Shown here: positions 34,866 through 45,034 of the stretch, piece by piece | Numbering within the stretch: position 1 is the stretch's first letter | Layout: each line of letters opens with the position of its first letter | Assembly: GCA_965203445.1 (NCBI GenBank) | Contig: OZ241883.1 | Coordinates: 1,472,001 to 1,536,000 of the forward strand | DNA length: 64,000 bases | Source of the DNA: Candidatus Oxydemutator sp. | Lineage (GTDB): Bacteria > Pseudomonadota > Gammaproteobacteria > Poriferisulfidales > Oxydemutatoraceae | Direction: 5' to 3' | The notes under the pieces: generated by a model | Told to the model about the DNA's origin: nothing | Database searches by the model: none | What the model saw: the letters and a program-made list of their open reading frames with translations, nothing else | Translations under genes and position numbers: made by a program

Positions 34866-35306
34866 GTGCCCGAACTTCCGATCACGATCTACATAGACGG
34901 CGCCTGCCGCAACAACCCAGGGCCGGGAGGATGGGCCGCGCTGCTGAGTTACCGCGGGCGCGAGCGGGAGATCAGCGGCGGCGAGCCGCACACGACCAAC
35001 AACCGCATGGAGCTGCAGGCCGCGATCGGCGCGCTGTCGGCGGTACGCCAACGGCGCCCGTTGCGTATCGTCACCGACTCGCAGTATCTGAAGAACGGCA
35101 TCGAACGGTGGCTGCCGCGCTGGAAGCGCAACGGCTGGAAAACCTCCGCCAAAAAGCCGGTCAAGAACGGCGACCTGTGGCGGCAACTCGACCGCCTGGC
35201 TCGAAACTTCGACGTCGAATGGCGTTGGGTGCGCGGCCACAGCGGCTGCCCCGGCAACGAGCGCGTCGACCGCTTGGCGCGGCGCAGCATTCCCGGGCCG
35301 CGATGA
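34866..35306 (+). CDS. rnhA: Ribonuclease HI
   Basis: DGAC.NNPGPGGW, TTNNRMEL, TDSQY and WVRGHSG.PGNERVD. Confidence 0.97.
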   Translation: MPELPITIYIDGACRNNPGPGGWAALLSYRGREREISGGEPHTTNNRMELQAAIGALSAVRQRRPLRIVTDSQYLKNGIERWLPRWKRNGWKTSAKKPVKNGDLWRQLDRLARNFDVEWRWVRGHSGCPGNERVDRLARRSIPGPR

Positions 35307-36013
35307 GGCAGATCGTCCTCGACACCGAAACGACCGGGCTGGAGGCCGACGCCGGTCACCGTATCATCGAGATCGCGTGCCTCGAGCTGGTGGCGCGCAG
35401 GATTACCGGCGACCACTTCCACCGCTATCTCAACCCCGGGCGCAAGAGCGACCCGCGCGCGTTCGAGGTGCACCGCATCACCGACGAGTTTTTGCTGGAC
35501 AAGCCCTCGTTCGCCGACGTCTGCGACGATTTTTTGCGCTACGTCGAGGGCGCCGAAATCATCATCCACAACGCGGCCTTCGATCTCTCCTTTATCAACG
35601 CCGAATTGCGCCGTGTCGACGCGGCCGCGCCGGCCTTGCTCGAGCGCACCGGCTGCACCTTATGCGACTCGTTGGAACTGGCGCGCACCAAGTTTCCCGG
35701 CTTGCAGAACAACCTGGACGCGCTGAGCGACCGCTACTCGATAGACCGCTCGTCGCGCAACGAACGCCACGGCGCGAGGATAGACGCCGAGCTGCTCGCC
35801 AAGGTCTATCTCGCGCTGACCGGCGGGCAGACGGCGATGTCGTTCGGCGCCGCCGACGCGGCGGTTCTGGCCGAGGCACCCGAACTCGGCGATCTCGGTG
35901 CCGACGATCTGCCGGTGATTCGCGCCGACGCCGACGAAACCGCCCGCCACCGGCGCTTTCTCGAGCGTCTCGCGCGTGAGTCGCGCGGCGGCTGCGTCTG
36001 GCCGCAGGAGTGA
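35303..36013 (+). CDS. dnaQ: DNA polymerase III epsilon subunit
   Basis: LDTETTG, HNAAFD, HGA.IDAELLA.VYL.LTGGQ. Confidence 0.96.
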   Translation: MRQIVLDTETTGLEADAGHRIIEIACLELVARRITGDHFHRYLNPGRKSDPRAFEVHRITDEFLLDKPSFADVCDDFLRYVEGAEIIIHNAAFDLSFINAELRRVDAAAPALLERTGCTLCDSLELARTKFPGLQNNLDALSDRYSIDRSSRNERHGARIDAELLAKVYLALTGGQTAMSFGAADAAVLAEAPELGDLGADDLPVIRADADETARHRRFLERLARESRGGCVWPQE

Positions 36014-36126
36014 CCGGGCCGCGGCTGTCGCGCCGATACGAGCGGCCAGGCGCCGCCCGAGGCCGTTCGCCAGGAATCCGCCCGCGCTGTTATAATCCCC
36101 GTCCATTCAACCCGCAGGGAGACCTA

Positions 36127-36372
36127 ATGATGACGAGAATGTACACGCTCATTGCCGCGGCGCCGCTGGCCCTGATGGCGCTTTTCGGTTGTGCCGGCGA
36201 AGAAAGCGCGCACAAATGGCAAGCCACGATCTATGCGACTGGCGGCGACGAGGGTCAGATGCTGGGCCCGTTTGCCTCGCGCGAAGAATGTACCGAGGCT
36301 TCGATGCAGCATTTGGGCGCCGGCGACGGCCATGATCAGCCGATGGCCTTCGGTTGCGCGATGATGAAATAG
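36127..36372 (+). CDS. Small putative lipoprotein
   Basis: GGGAGA RBS, upstream TGTTATAAT, signal peptide with LFGC lipobox, two further Cys. Confidence 0.7.
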   Translation: MMTRMYTLIAAAPLALMALFGCAGEESAHKWQATIYATGGDEGQMLGPFASREECTEASMQHLGAGDGHDQPMAFGCAMMK

Positions 36373-36415
36373 GCGCTCGTCGGCGACGCTCGTCGCCGTA
36401 CCTGATCGCCGGCCG

Positions 36416-37291
36416 TCAGCCGCGCAGGTTTCGGCGCACGCTTCTGGCGAGCGCCGACGAGTCCAGATCGGGGCCGTCTTCTTCCACCGCCTGGCGCATG
36501 CAGCTCTCGGCCAGCGCCAGGCCGTGCAGACGTATGCCCAGGGCCGTCGCCGTCGCCGTCGCGATGCGCAAGTCCTTCAGGTGCAGCCCCGACTTGAAGC
36601 CGGGGCGATAATCCTCGTCCAACATGCGTTTGCCGTGCACCTCGAGGATTTTGCTGTTGGCGAACCCGCCCAACAGCGCCTCGCGCACGCGCCGCGCGTC
36701 GACGCCGGCGGCGGCGGCGAACTCGAACGCCTCGGCGCACGCCAGCATCGTCTGCGCGACCAGCAGTTGGTTACAGGCTTTTGCGACCTGCCCGGCGCCG
36801 TTGCCGCCTACGTGCGTGACGTTGCGCCCCATCACCCGCAGCAGCGGCAGCGCGCGCGCGAACGCCCGTTGCCGGCCGCCGACCATGATCGAGAGCGTGC
36901 CGGCCACCGCGCCGCTCTCGCCGCCCGACACCGGCGCGTCCAACATCTCGATTTCCCGGCGCGCCAAGCGCGCCGCGATCGCGCGCGTCGCCTCGGGCGA
37001 GATCGTGCTCAGGTCCACGACCATGCTGCCGCGCGCGGCGCCCTCGATGACGCCGCCGGCGCCCAACACGACCTGCTCGACGTCGGGGGTGTCGGACACC
37101 ATCGTGAAGCATATCCCGGCGCGGCTCGCGGCCCGTGCCGGGTCGTCGCAGGCGATGGCGCCGCGCGCGACGAGCGCCGCCAGCGCCTGCTTGCGGCGCG
37201 CGTGGACGAACAGCGTGTGCCCGGCGTCCAGCAGATTGCAGGCCATCGGCCGCCCCATGATGCCGAGGCCGATAAAAGCGATTTTTTCCAT
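36416..37291 (-). CDS. 2-hydroxy-3-oxopropionate reductase / 3-hydroxyisobutyrate dehydrogenase family
   Basis: FIGLGIMG.PMA, DAPVSGG, GQVAKACNQ and PGFK..LH.KDL motifs. Confidence 0.9.
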   Translation of the reverse strand: MEKIAFIGLGIMGRPMACNLLDAGHTLFVHARRKQALAALVARGAIACDDPARAASRAGICFTMVSDTPDVEQVVLGAGGVIEGAARGSMVVDLSTISPEATRAIAARLARREIEMLDAPVSGGESGAVAGTLSIMVGGRQRAFARALPLLRVMGRNVTHVGGNGAGQVAKACNQLLVAQTMLACAEAFEFAAAAGVDARRVREALLGGFANSKILEVHGKRMLDEDYRPGFKSGLHLKDLRIATATATALGIRLHGLALAESCMRQAVEEDGPDLDSSALARSVRRNLRG

Positions 37292-37319
37292 TGTCCGATA
37301 TTCCGATATGATAAGGGTA

Positions 37320-38330
37320 GTGAAAGCCTATTGTAATCAACTGCCGCGCCTGCTCGACCGGGGACTGGCGCCGTTCTACCTGGTGTCGGGCGAGGAACCG
37401 CTGCAACAAATGGAGGCGGCCGATTTGATTCGCGCGCGCGCGCGCGCCGCGGGCTACGGCCACCGCGAGTTTTTTTTCGCGGGAGCCGACTTCGACTGGG
37501 AGCGTCTCGATCTTGCCGCCGACAATCCGTCGTTGTTCTGCGAGCGGCGTTTCATCGAGGTGCGCGTTTTGGCGGACAAGCCGCCGGCGCGCGCCGCCGC
37601 GTTTTTCAACGGCGTGCTCGAGGCGCCGCCGCAAGGAACGTTGTTCCTGGTGCAGGCGCGCAAGGTGGACGGGCGCGCGGCGTGGGTCAGGCGCGTCGTC
37701 GAACGCGGCGTCTGGATACAGGTATACGAAAAGAGCCTGGCCGAACTGAGAAGCTGGCTGGGCGAGCGCATGTTGCGCCGCGGCCTGGTCGCGGGCGACG
37801 GCGTCGTCGAGTTCCTGGCCGCGCGCGTCGAGGGCAATCTGCCGGCGGCGGCGCAGGAGGTCGAGAAACTGAGGCTGGTTTGTGGCGAAGGCCGCGTCGG
37901 TATCGAAGACGTCGAGCGCGTCATTGCCGACGGCGCGCATTACAACGTCTATGACCTGGCCGACGCCGCCGTCGCCGGCGAGCGTCTGCGGGCGGTGCGC
38001 GTGTTGCAGGGATTGCGCGCCGAAGCCGCGCCCGAACCGCTGGTGCTGTGGGCTTTGGCCGACCAGCTGCGCCGTCTGATCGCGCTCGAGCGGCGCGTGG
38101 CCGAAGGCGTCGGCGTCGAATCGCTGCTGCGCACGGTGTGGAAGAAGAAACAGCCGGTGTACCGCAAGGCATTGTCGCGCGGCCTCGGGCGGCGCTGGTG
38201 GATGTTGCTGCACGCTTGCCACGAGGCCGACAAGGCGATCAAGGGCCATGCCGACGACGGCGCCTGGCACGAACTGCTGCGCCTGGTGCTGCGCATGGCC
38301 GGCGCCGGCGCCCTGCGCCGCGCCGCGTGA
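37320..38330 (+). CDS. holA: DNA polymerase III delta subunit
   Basis: [27 protein letters not shown] motifs. Confidence 0.9.
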   Translation: MKAYCNQLPRLLDRGLAPFYLVSGEEPLQQMEAADLIRARARAAGYGHREFFFAGADFDWERLDLAADNPSLFCERRFIEVRVLADKPPARAAAFFNGVLEAPPQGTLFLVQARKVDGRAAWVRRVVERGVWIQVYEKSLAELRSWLGERMLRRGLVAGDGVVEFLAARVEGNLPAAAQEVEKLRLVCGEGRVGIEDVERVIADGAHYNVYDLADAAVAGERLRAVRVLQGLRAEAAPEPLVLWALADQLRRLIALERRVAEGVGVESLLRTVWKKKQPVYRKALSRGLGRRWWMLLHACHEADKAIKGHADDGAWHELLRLVLRMAGAGALRRAA

Positions 38331-38358
38331 CGGCGGTGCTGCGACCCGCCGCGGTTTT

Positions 38359-39624
38359 ATGGCCGACGCGAACGTAGGGGCGCGCTTGCGGGAGGTCGGC
38401 GAGGCCGCGAGGACTTGCGCCGCGATTATCGGCGCCGCCGACACCGCGCTCAAGAACCGCGCGCTGGACGAGATCGTCAAGCAGTTGCAGATGGCGCGCG
38501 CGCGCCTGCTCGGCGAAAACGAGAAGGACGTGCGCGCCGGGCGCAAGCGCGGCCTCGACGACGCGCTGCTCGACCGGCTCGAGCTGAACGACGCGCGCGT
38601 GGACGCGATGATGGACGGCGTGCGCCAGATAGCCGCGCTGCCCGATCCGGTCGGCGAGATCAGCGACGTGCGACCGCGGCCTTCGGGCATACACGTCGGG
38701 CACATGCGCGTGCCGCTGGGCGTGATCGGCGTCATCTACGAGGCGCGCCCCAACGTCACGGTGGACGCCGCGGCCTTGTGCCTGAAGTCGGGCAACGCGG
38801 CCGTTTTGCGCGGTGGTTCCGAGGCGATACACTCCAACCGCGCGATTGCCGCGTGCATAGAAAGCGGCCTCGAGCGGGCCGGGTTGCCGGCGGCCTGCGT
38901 GCAGGTCGTCAAGATCGCCGGGCGCGAGGCCGTCGGTGCGCTGCTGGCGTTAGACGAGTATATCGACGTCATCATCCCGAGGGGCGGCAAGGGACTGCTG
39001 CGGCGCGTCAAGGCCGAGTCGGCGATTCCGGTCATCCAGCACCTGGACGGCGTCTGCCACGTCTACGTGGACGACCGCGCCGATCGCGACATGGCGCTGG
39101 CCGTCGCCGAGAACGCAAAAGCGCAGCGCTTCGGCGTATGCAACGCGATGGAGACCTTGCTGGTCGCGGAGCGCGTCGCCGCCGATTTCCTGCCGCGTTT
39201 CGCCGCGCGCATGGAACGCCGCGGCGTCGCACTCAGGGGGTGCGAGCAGACGTGCCGCCTGCTGCCGGAGGCCGCGGCCGCCGGCGAGGATGACTGGGGC
39301 GCGGAATACCTGGCGCCGATCCTGGCCGTCAAGATAGTCGCCGGCCTCGACGAGGCCGTCGCCCACGTCGAACGCTATGGTTCGGGGCACACCGACGCGA
39401 TTGTCACCGGCGATTACGCGCGCGCGATGTATTTTTTGCGGCGCGTCAATTCGAGCTCGGTGCTGGTCAACGCCTCGACTCGCTTTTCCGACGGCTACGA
39501 GTACGGCCTGGGCGCGGAGATCGGCATCAGCACCGGCGTTTTGCACGTGCGCGGCCCGGTCGGGCTCGACGGGCTGACTACGCGCAAGTTCGTCGTTTTT
39601 GGCGACGGCCACGTGCGTGAATAG
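38359..39624 (+). CDS. proA: Gamma-glutamyl phosphate reductase
   Basis: [33 protein letters not shown]...[10 protein letters not shown]. Confidence 0.97.
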   Translation: MADANVGARLREVGEAARTCAAIIGAADTALKNRALDEIVKQLQMARARLLGENEKDVRAGRKRGLDDALLDRLELNDARVDAMMDGVRQIAALPDPVGEISDVRPRPSGIHVGHMRVPLGVIGVIYEARPNVTVDAAALCLKSGNAAVLRGGSEAIHSNRAIAACIESGLERAGLPAACVQVVKIAGREAVGALLALDEYIDVIIPRGGKGLLRRVKAESAIPVIQHLDGVCHVYVDDRADRDMALAVAENAKAQRFGVCNAMETLLVAERVAADFLPRFAARMERRGVALRGCEQTCRLLPEAAAAGEDDWGAEYLAPILAVKIVAGLDEAVAHVERYGSGHTDAIVTGDYARAMYFLRRVNSSSVLVNASTRFSDGYEYGLGAEIGISTGVLHVRGPVGLDGLTTRKFVVFGDGHVRE

Positions 39625-39650
39625 GGCGGCGCGGGAACCGGAGGTGCCTG

Positions 39651-40292
39651 GTGATCGCGGTCATGGGGGGCGTTTTCGACCCGGTCCATTTCGGCCACCT
39701 CAGGCCGGCCCTCGAACTGCTGGCGTGTCCGGAAGTCGCGCAGCTGCGTCTGGTGCCGTGTCGCGTGCACGCGGACAAGGCGCCGGCCGCGGCCGCGCCC
39801 GGTCATCGCTTGCGGATGCTCGAGCTGGTCGCGGGCGGCGGTCTGGCGGTGGATGCGCGCGAACTTGCGCGCGACGGCACGTCCTACACCGCCGACACGC
39901 TCGATCACCTGCGCGCCGAGGTCGGCGACGGGCAATCGCTGGCTTTCGTCGCGGGCCGCGACGTCGCGGCGCAGATCGCGGACTGGGAGCGCGCCGCGCG
40001 CTTGCCGCGCTTAAGCCATCTGATAGTGTTGGCGCGCCCGCGGTGCGGACGCGCCGCCGCGACGCGCGCGCCGTCGTTGCCGTGGCGCAACGCCCGCGAC
40101 TTGCGGGCGCTGGCGGCGCGCCCCGCCGGACTCGTGTATTTCATGCCCAATCGTTCGCTCGATATTTCCTCGACGACGATACGCGCGATGATCGGGCGTC
40201 GGCGCGAGCCGCGCTATCTGCTGCCGGGGGCGGTGTGGAATTACATCCGCCGCCACCGTCTTTACGGCTGGAACGACGCCGGTGAAGGCTGA
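39651..40292 (+). CDS. nadD: Nicotinate-nucleotide adenylyltransferase
   Basis: GG.FDPVHFGHL, SYT.DTL and ISSTTIR motifs. Confidence 0.92.
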   Translation: MIAVMGGVFDPVHFGHLRPALELLACPEVAQLRLVPCRVHADKAPAAAAPGHRLRMLELVAGGGLAVDARELARDGTSYTADTLDHLRAEVGDGQSLAFVAGRDVAAQIADWERAARLPRLSHLIVLARPRCGRAAATRAPSLPWRNARDLRALAARPAGLVYFMPNRSLDISSTTIRAMIGRRREPRYLLPGAVWNYIRRHRLYGWNDAGEG

Positions 40293-40608
40293 TCAACTGT
40301 GCCGCCTGGTGCTCGATTGCCTGGGTGACATGAAGGCGCGCGACGTGCTCGATCTCGACGTGCGCGGCAGAACGACGATCACCGACCACTTCATCATCGC
40401 CACCGGCACCTCGAGCCGCCACGCGCAGGCCGTGTCCGACCGCATCGTCGAGACCGCGCGCGAGCACGGCGTGCGCCCGCTGGGCGTCGAGGGCCGCGAC
40501 GCCGCCGACTGGATCCTGATCGACCTGGGCGACGTCGTCGTGCACGTGATGCAGGACGCCGCGCGCGGGTTTTACGATCTGGAGGAATTGTGGCGCGCCG
40601 CGATTTGA
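40282..40608 (+). CDS. rsfS: Ribosome silencing factor
   Basis: IATGTSSRH, W.LIDLGDVVVHVM...R.FYDLEELW. Confidence 0.95.
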   Translation: MKADQLCRLVLDCLGDMKARDVLDLDVRGRTTITDHFIIATGTSSRHAQAVSDRIVETAREHGVRPLGVEGRDAADWILIDLGDVVVHVMQDAARGFYDLEELWRAAI

Positions 40609-43600
40609 TCGCGGCGGCGCGCAAGGCGGCGTATCCGGCGCTGTGCGCGCTCGCCGCGGCACTGGTGCTGCTCGCCGCGCTGAGCGTCGCCGCGCGCTGG
40701 CTGCTGGCCGACGCCGACGACTACCGCGACGAATTCGCCGCCATCGTCGGCGACGCGCTCGGCGTCGAGCTCGAGGTCGCGGGGCTGCGCGCGCGTCCGC
40801 GCGGCCGCGGTTTGACGGTGACGGCGTCGGGGCTGGTGCTGCGCTCGGCGCCGCTGCCGATGTCAATGCGCGAGGCGACGGTCGAATTCGACCTGCTGCG
40901 GTCGCTGTTTTCGATGCGACCGCGGATCTCCGCGGTGCGCGCCGCGGGCGCCACTCTCGATCTCGCGGCCCCCGACGCGCGCCTGAGCGGCGCTCTGGTC
41001 GCCGCTCTGTTCGGCGACGACGGCGCCGGCGTCACGCCGCCGGACTTGTACATAGAGGACGCGCTCGTCCGCTGGCGCGATACCGTAACGGGCGAGACTC
41101 GCCGCTTTGAGAACGCGCGCTTTGCGCTGCACCGTACGGGATTCTCCGGCGGCGGTCTGCGCGCGCTCATCGAGACCGATCTGCCGCCCGCGCTTGGACG
41201 GCGGCTGCGCCTGGTCTTCGACGTCCCCGACGTCGCGGTCTCCGCTTCGGCGAGTTTTCACGCCGACCTCGACGCCGTCGAGATCGGCGGCGGCTGCGAA
41301 CTGGCGACGGGCGAGCGTTGCTGGGAGGGCCGGGTTTCCGGCAAGCTGTGGGGTGCCGTGGACCGCGGCGACGTGCGCCTCGGATGGTCCGAGGCGCTGC
41401 TGCAACCGGGCGCCGCGGACGCGCCGGCGTTTCCGCTCGGCGGCAACGCGCGGTGGTCCGGCGCGGGCCGACGCTCGTCGTTCGTATTGACGCTCGCGGA
41501 TTTGCCGCTGGCGCACGTTCCCGCCTGGTTGCCCGCGGAAACGCTGCCGCCGCGCTTTGCCGCGTGGCTGCGCCGTGCGCTGCGCGCCGGGCGCGTTGCG
41601 CGAGCGCGGGTGAGCTTTGCCGGGGCGCCGGCGGACTTTTCGTTCGTCGAAGACGTGCGCGTAAGCGCCGATATCACCGGCGCCGAGGTGGACTACCGCA
41701 AGGGTCGTCCGTCGTTGCGCGACGTCGACGCGAGGGTCGTTTTCGAGGGCGGCGCCTTGCGGGTGAGCGCCTCGCGCGTGCAAATCCTCGATACGCGTTC
41801 GGACCATGCGGTCGTCACTATCGCCGACGTGCGGCGGCCGTTGTTGTCGGTGGACGCGCGCGCGCGCGGGCCGCTGGCCGACGTGCTTTCGTATCTGCGC
41901 GTGATCGGGCTGTTCGATGCATACGGCGTGACCACCGCGCATCTGACCGCGAGTGGTGACAGCCGCTTGCGGCTGATCGTAAAAACCCCTCTCGACCGCG
42001 AGGTCGAGCACGCCACGCTGGTCGAGGGCACGCTCGATTTTGAAGGTTCGGGTCTGTCTTTTCCGGCGCTTCGATTCGGCTTCGACGACGTGCGCGGCAG
42101 CCTGGCGTTCGACCGCGACGGTGGCCGTGCCGACGAGATCGAGGCCGAATGGAGGAGCCACCCCGTCGCAATTCGCGCGCGCACCACGGACGGCGGCACC
42201 CTGGTCGCCGTCGGCGCGAAGTTCGCGCCGTACCCGGCGTTTGCCGACTTGGCGCCCGCGTTCGCGGATTTCGTCAGCGGCGAGGCGCGATGGAACGCCG
42301 AGGTGTTCATTCCGAATCCGGGCCGGCGCCCGGCGCCCGCGGGCGGCGCGACGTTCGGCGTGCGCCTGACGTCGGATCTGCGCGGCCTCGCCGTGGACCT
42401 GCCGTCGCCCCTCGGCAAGGGCGGCGGCGAGACGAGACCCCTTTTGTTCGAGACCGGTCTGGGGGCGTCGTCGTGGCGCGCCGCCTACGGCGGCCTGCAC
42501 GTGGCCTCGTCGGGCGTCGGCGCCGCGCGGCGGGGCGCGCTCGAACCGGCGGCGACGCTGAACGTGCGCGGCGTCGTCGAAGAGCGCACCGACTTCGGCG
42601 AGTGGATGCGGTGGTGGCGCATGCACGGGGACGACGTCGGCGACGGCGGGTTTGCGCCGCCCGAGGCATTGCACCTCGTCTTCCGACGCGCCGCCGTCGG
42701 CGGGGAGGCGCTCGGCACGATGGAGTTGAAGACCATGCGCGCGCGCGACGGGCAGTTGAAGTTGCACCTGGATTCGGCACCGATCCGGGGCGAAATGGCG
42801 TTTGCGAAGGCGGGCGCGACGGCGCCGCGCGTCTACGTGGATTTGGCGCGTCTGCACCTGACGGGAGCCATGTTCGAGGGGCCATCGTCCGAGTTGCCCG
42901 ATCCCGCGGCCCTGCCGCCGTTGGCGCTCAAGATCGGGGAGTTTCGGATGGACGGGATCGCGGCCGACGACTTGCGCGTGGTGACCAACCCGGCGGGGCC
43001 GGGCATGGAAATCTCGAAGGCGAGTTTTCGCAGTCTCGAAGACGGGCGGGCGATCACCGACGTCAGTCTCGCCGGCAGTTGGATCGGCGGCGACAATCCG
43101 CGCAGCGACGTCGAATTCAGTCTGGCGAGCGAGGATTACGGCAGCCTGTTGAGGCTGTGGGGTTTTCGCACCGGCCTGCGAGGGGGGCGCGGCGAGGTGC
43201 GCGGGCGCGTCGCCTGGAACGACGATCTGCCGCGTTTCGGCCTGGACAAGATCGAGGGCGACGTGGCCATCGCCCTGCGCGACGGCACCGTCGAGACGGT
43301 CGAGCCCGGCGTCGGCAAGCTGCTCGGTTTGTTGAACATCTCGGAGATCGCGCAGCGCTTCACGCTCGACTTCAGGGACGTCTTTAACAAGGGTCTCGTG
43401 TTCGAGGATCTGCGCGGCGACCTGTCCTTCGGCGGCGGCAACATGACGACCGACAATTTCACCGTCGAAAGCTCATCGCTCGACATGACCATCCGCGGGC
43501 GCACCGGCATCGCCGCGCGCGATTACGACCAGCGCATCGAGGTCGTGCCCCACGTCAGCACGGCCGTGCCGCTGCTGTCGGCGCTGGTCGCCGGCCCGGT

Positions 43601-43751
43601 CTATGCGGCCGTGGTGTACGTAGTCGGCAAGACCACGCGCCTCGACGAGGCGGTGGACAGGAGCGTCGCGCTGAACTATACGCTGACCGGCACCTGGGAA
43701 GACCCCAAGGTGGATTTCGTCGGCGTGCCGGGGGCACCCCCGGCGCCGTAA
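40605..43751 (+). CDS. yhdP: YhdP/AsmA2-family intermembrane lipid transport protein
   Basis: N-terminal TM, long beta-rich body, C-terminal GKLLGLL...LDFRDVF.KGL.F and Y.LTG.WEDPKV; start codon uncertain. Confidence 0.82.
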   Translation: MIAAARKAAYPALCALAAALVLLAALSVAARWLLADADDYRDEFAAIVGDALGVELEVAGLRARPRGRGLTVTASGLVLRSAPLPMSMREATVEFDLLRSLFSMRPRISAVRAAGATLDLAAPDARLSGALVAALFGDDGAGVTPPDLYIEDALVRWRDTVTGETRRFENARFALHRTGFSGGGLRALIETDLPPALGRRLRLVFDVPDVAVSASASFHADLDAVEIGGGCELATGERCWEGRVSGKLWGAVDRGDVRLGWSEALLQPGAADAPAFPLGGNARWSGAGRRSSFVLTLADLPLAHVPAWLPAETLPPRFAAWLRRALRAGRVARARVSFAGAPADFSFVEDVRVSADITGAEVDYRKGRPSLRDVDARVVFEGGALRVSASRVQILDTRSDHAVVTIADVRRPLLSVDARARGPLADVLSYLRVIGLFDAYGVTTAHLTASGDSRLRLIVKTPLDREVEHATLVEGTLDFEGSGLSFPALRFGFDDVRGSLAFDRDGGRADEIEAEWRSHPVAIRARTTDGGTLVAVGAKFAPYPAFADLAPAFADFVSGEARWNAEVFIPNPGRRPAPAGGATFGVRLTSDLRGLAVDLPSPLGKGGGETRPLLFETGLGASSWRAAYGGLHVASSGVGAARRGALEPAATLNVRGVVEERTDFGEWMRWWRMHGDDVGDGGFAPPEALHLVFRRAAVGGEALGTMELKTMRARDGQLKLHLDSAPIRGEMAFAKAGATAPRVYVDLARLHLTGAMFEGPSSELPDPAALPPLALKIGEFRMDGIAADDLRVVTNPAGPGMEISKASFRSLEDGRAITDVSLAGSWIGGDNPRSDVEFSLASEDYGSLLRLWGFRTGLRGGRGEVRGRVAWNDDLPRFGLDKIEGDVAIALRDGTVETVEPGVGKLLGLLNISEIAQRFTLDFRDVFNKGLVFEDLRGDLSFGGGNMTTDNFTVESSSLDMTIRGRTGIAARDYDQRIEVVPHVSTAVPLLSALVAGPVYAAVVYVVGKTTRLDEAVDRSVALNYTLTGTWEDPKVDFVGVPGAPPAP

Positions 43752-43760
43752 GGACTCTGG

Positions 43761-43900
43761 TCGGGAACGCCGTGGGGGCGTTCCCTTACCGGTCGCCCCG
43801 CCATGTAGCCCTCTCCGGTTGGGAGGCGCAGCAACCGGCCAAGCGTCAGGGTTCCCCTACTGGTCGCCCCGCCATGTAGCCCTCTCCCCCTAGGAGAGGG
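43761..43900. repeat. Composite intergenic repeat cluster (REP-like palindromes plus a direct repeat)
   Basis: Palindrome gggaacgcc-N5-ggcgttccc at 43763-43785; 26-bp exact direct repeat at 43791-43816 and 43862-43887; hairpin ccctctcc-cccta-ggagaggg at 43880-43900. Confidence 0.8.
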
Positions 43901-43905
43901 CGGGC

Positions 43906-44568
43906 CTACTCCCTGTGCATCGCCGAGAACAGGTTCAGCAGGTGCACGAACAGCACGTAGATGTTGGCGTACAGCGACACCGTCATGACCACGTAGTTGG
44001 TCTCGCCGCCGTGCACCATGCGGCTGGTGTCGAACAGAATCATGCCCGACATCAGGATCACCGCGACCGCCGAAATCGTCAGCGACAGCGCCGGTATCGC
44101 AAGGAACAAGTTGGCGACGATGGCCAGCAGCACGACGATCAGGCCGACGAACAGGAAGCCGCGCATAAAGCTGAAATCGCGCTGCGTCGCCAGCGCGTAG
44201 AGCGACAGCCCGGTGAACATCACCGCGGTCGTTGCGAACGCCGAGGCCACGATCTGCGGCCCATTGGACAGCCCCAGATACAGCGTCAGAATCGGCCCCA
44301 GCACGTAGCCCATGAAGCCGGTGAACAGAAAAGTCAGCGGCAGCGCCCAGACGCCGTTGCGCAGGCGGTGTATCACGAACGGCATGCCGATGAAGACCGC
44401 AAGCATGATGAACCAGTTGACTGGACGGGCGCCGCTGGCCATCGCAAAGCCGGCGGTCGCGGCGCTGGTCAGCAGCGTCAGCGTCAGCAGCAGGTAGGCG
44501 TTGCGTATGACCCGGTTGGTCGCCAGCGCCGGGAATTGCGCGCGTGAACGTGAAATGGCTTGTTCCAT
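43906..44568 (-). CDS. yccA: Bax inhibitor-1/YccA family membrane protein
   Basis: NRVIRNAY.LL, DFSFM.GFL, ILFDTS...HGGETNYV; GGAGG RBS. Confidence 0.9.
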   Translation of the reverse strand: MEQAISRSRAQFPALATNRVIRNAYLLLTLTLLTSAATAGFAMASGARPVNWFIMLAVFIGMPFVIHRLRNGVWALPLTFLFTGFMGYVLGPILTLYLGLSNGPQIVASAFATTAVMFTGLSLYALATQRDFSFMRGFLFVGLIVVLLAIVANLFLAIPALSLTISAVAVILMSGMILFDTSRMVHGGETNYVVMTVSLYANIYVLFVHLLNLFSAMHRE

Positions 44569-44909
44569 CGGGGATTCCTCCATTGTGTCCAGATTGCGAC
44601 CCTATTATAGCCTATCCCGCGCCTCACGTTCGGCGCGGGCGCTGCGGCTTGCGCGCCACGGCTGACGGGTGCCGGCCTGATCGGCGCGACCCGTCTTTTG
44701 ACGACGCCCTGGCGCGCTCTGCAAAAGCGCTACGTCGCTTGCAGGGATAGTCGGCGCATAGCAAAGGGTATCGCGACCTTCGCCAATGGCAGCGATTGAA
44801 ATTCCCAATGACACGCGCTACTGCCTGATCGCTCGGGTGATGGTCTTATGTTGTTGATATTCATTATTATTCGGTTCTCGTCGCCGAGAGCGGCAGGATA
44901 TTTTGTTGC

Positions 44910-44937
44910 TTGACATGGTCTGCTGTACGTATAGCAT
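44910..44937 (+). promoter_or_regulatory. Putative sigma70 promoter of xoxF
   Basis: TTGACA-N16-TAGCAT upstream of xoxF. Confidence 0.5.
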
Positions 44938-45034
44938 TGCGTGTATCTGAAGATCGTCTTGGCAAAGCGAGAGACAACGCTTGCCTTCCCTGACGACCGA
45001 CGGATTTTACATTTTCAACCTGGGAGGAAATGGA

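Noticed and set aside
43780-43887. ~37-bp repeat with a 34-bp spacer, CRISPR-like dimensions
   Set aside because: Only two imperfect copies, built from REP-like parts found elsewhere in the window; no cas genes or leader
44600-44900. Riboswitch or sRNA upstream of xoxF
   Set aside because: Only short hairpins and no recognisable Rfam consensus; a cmsearch would be needed
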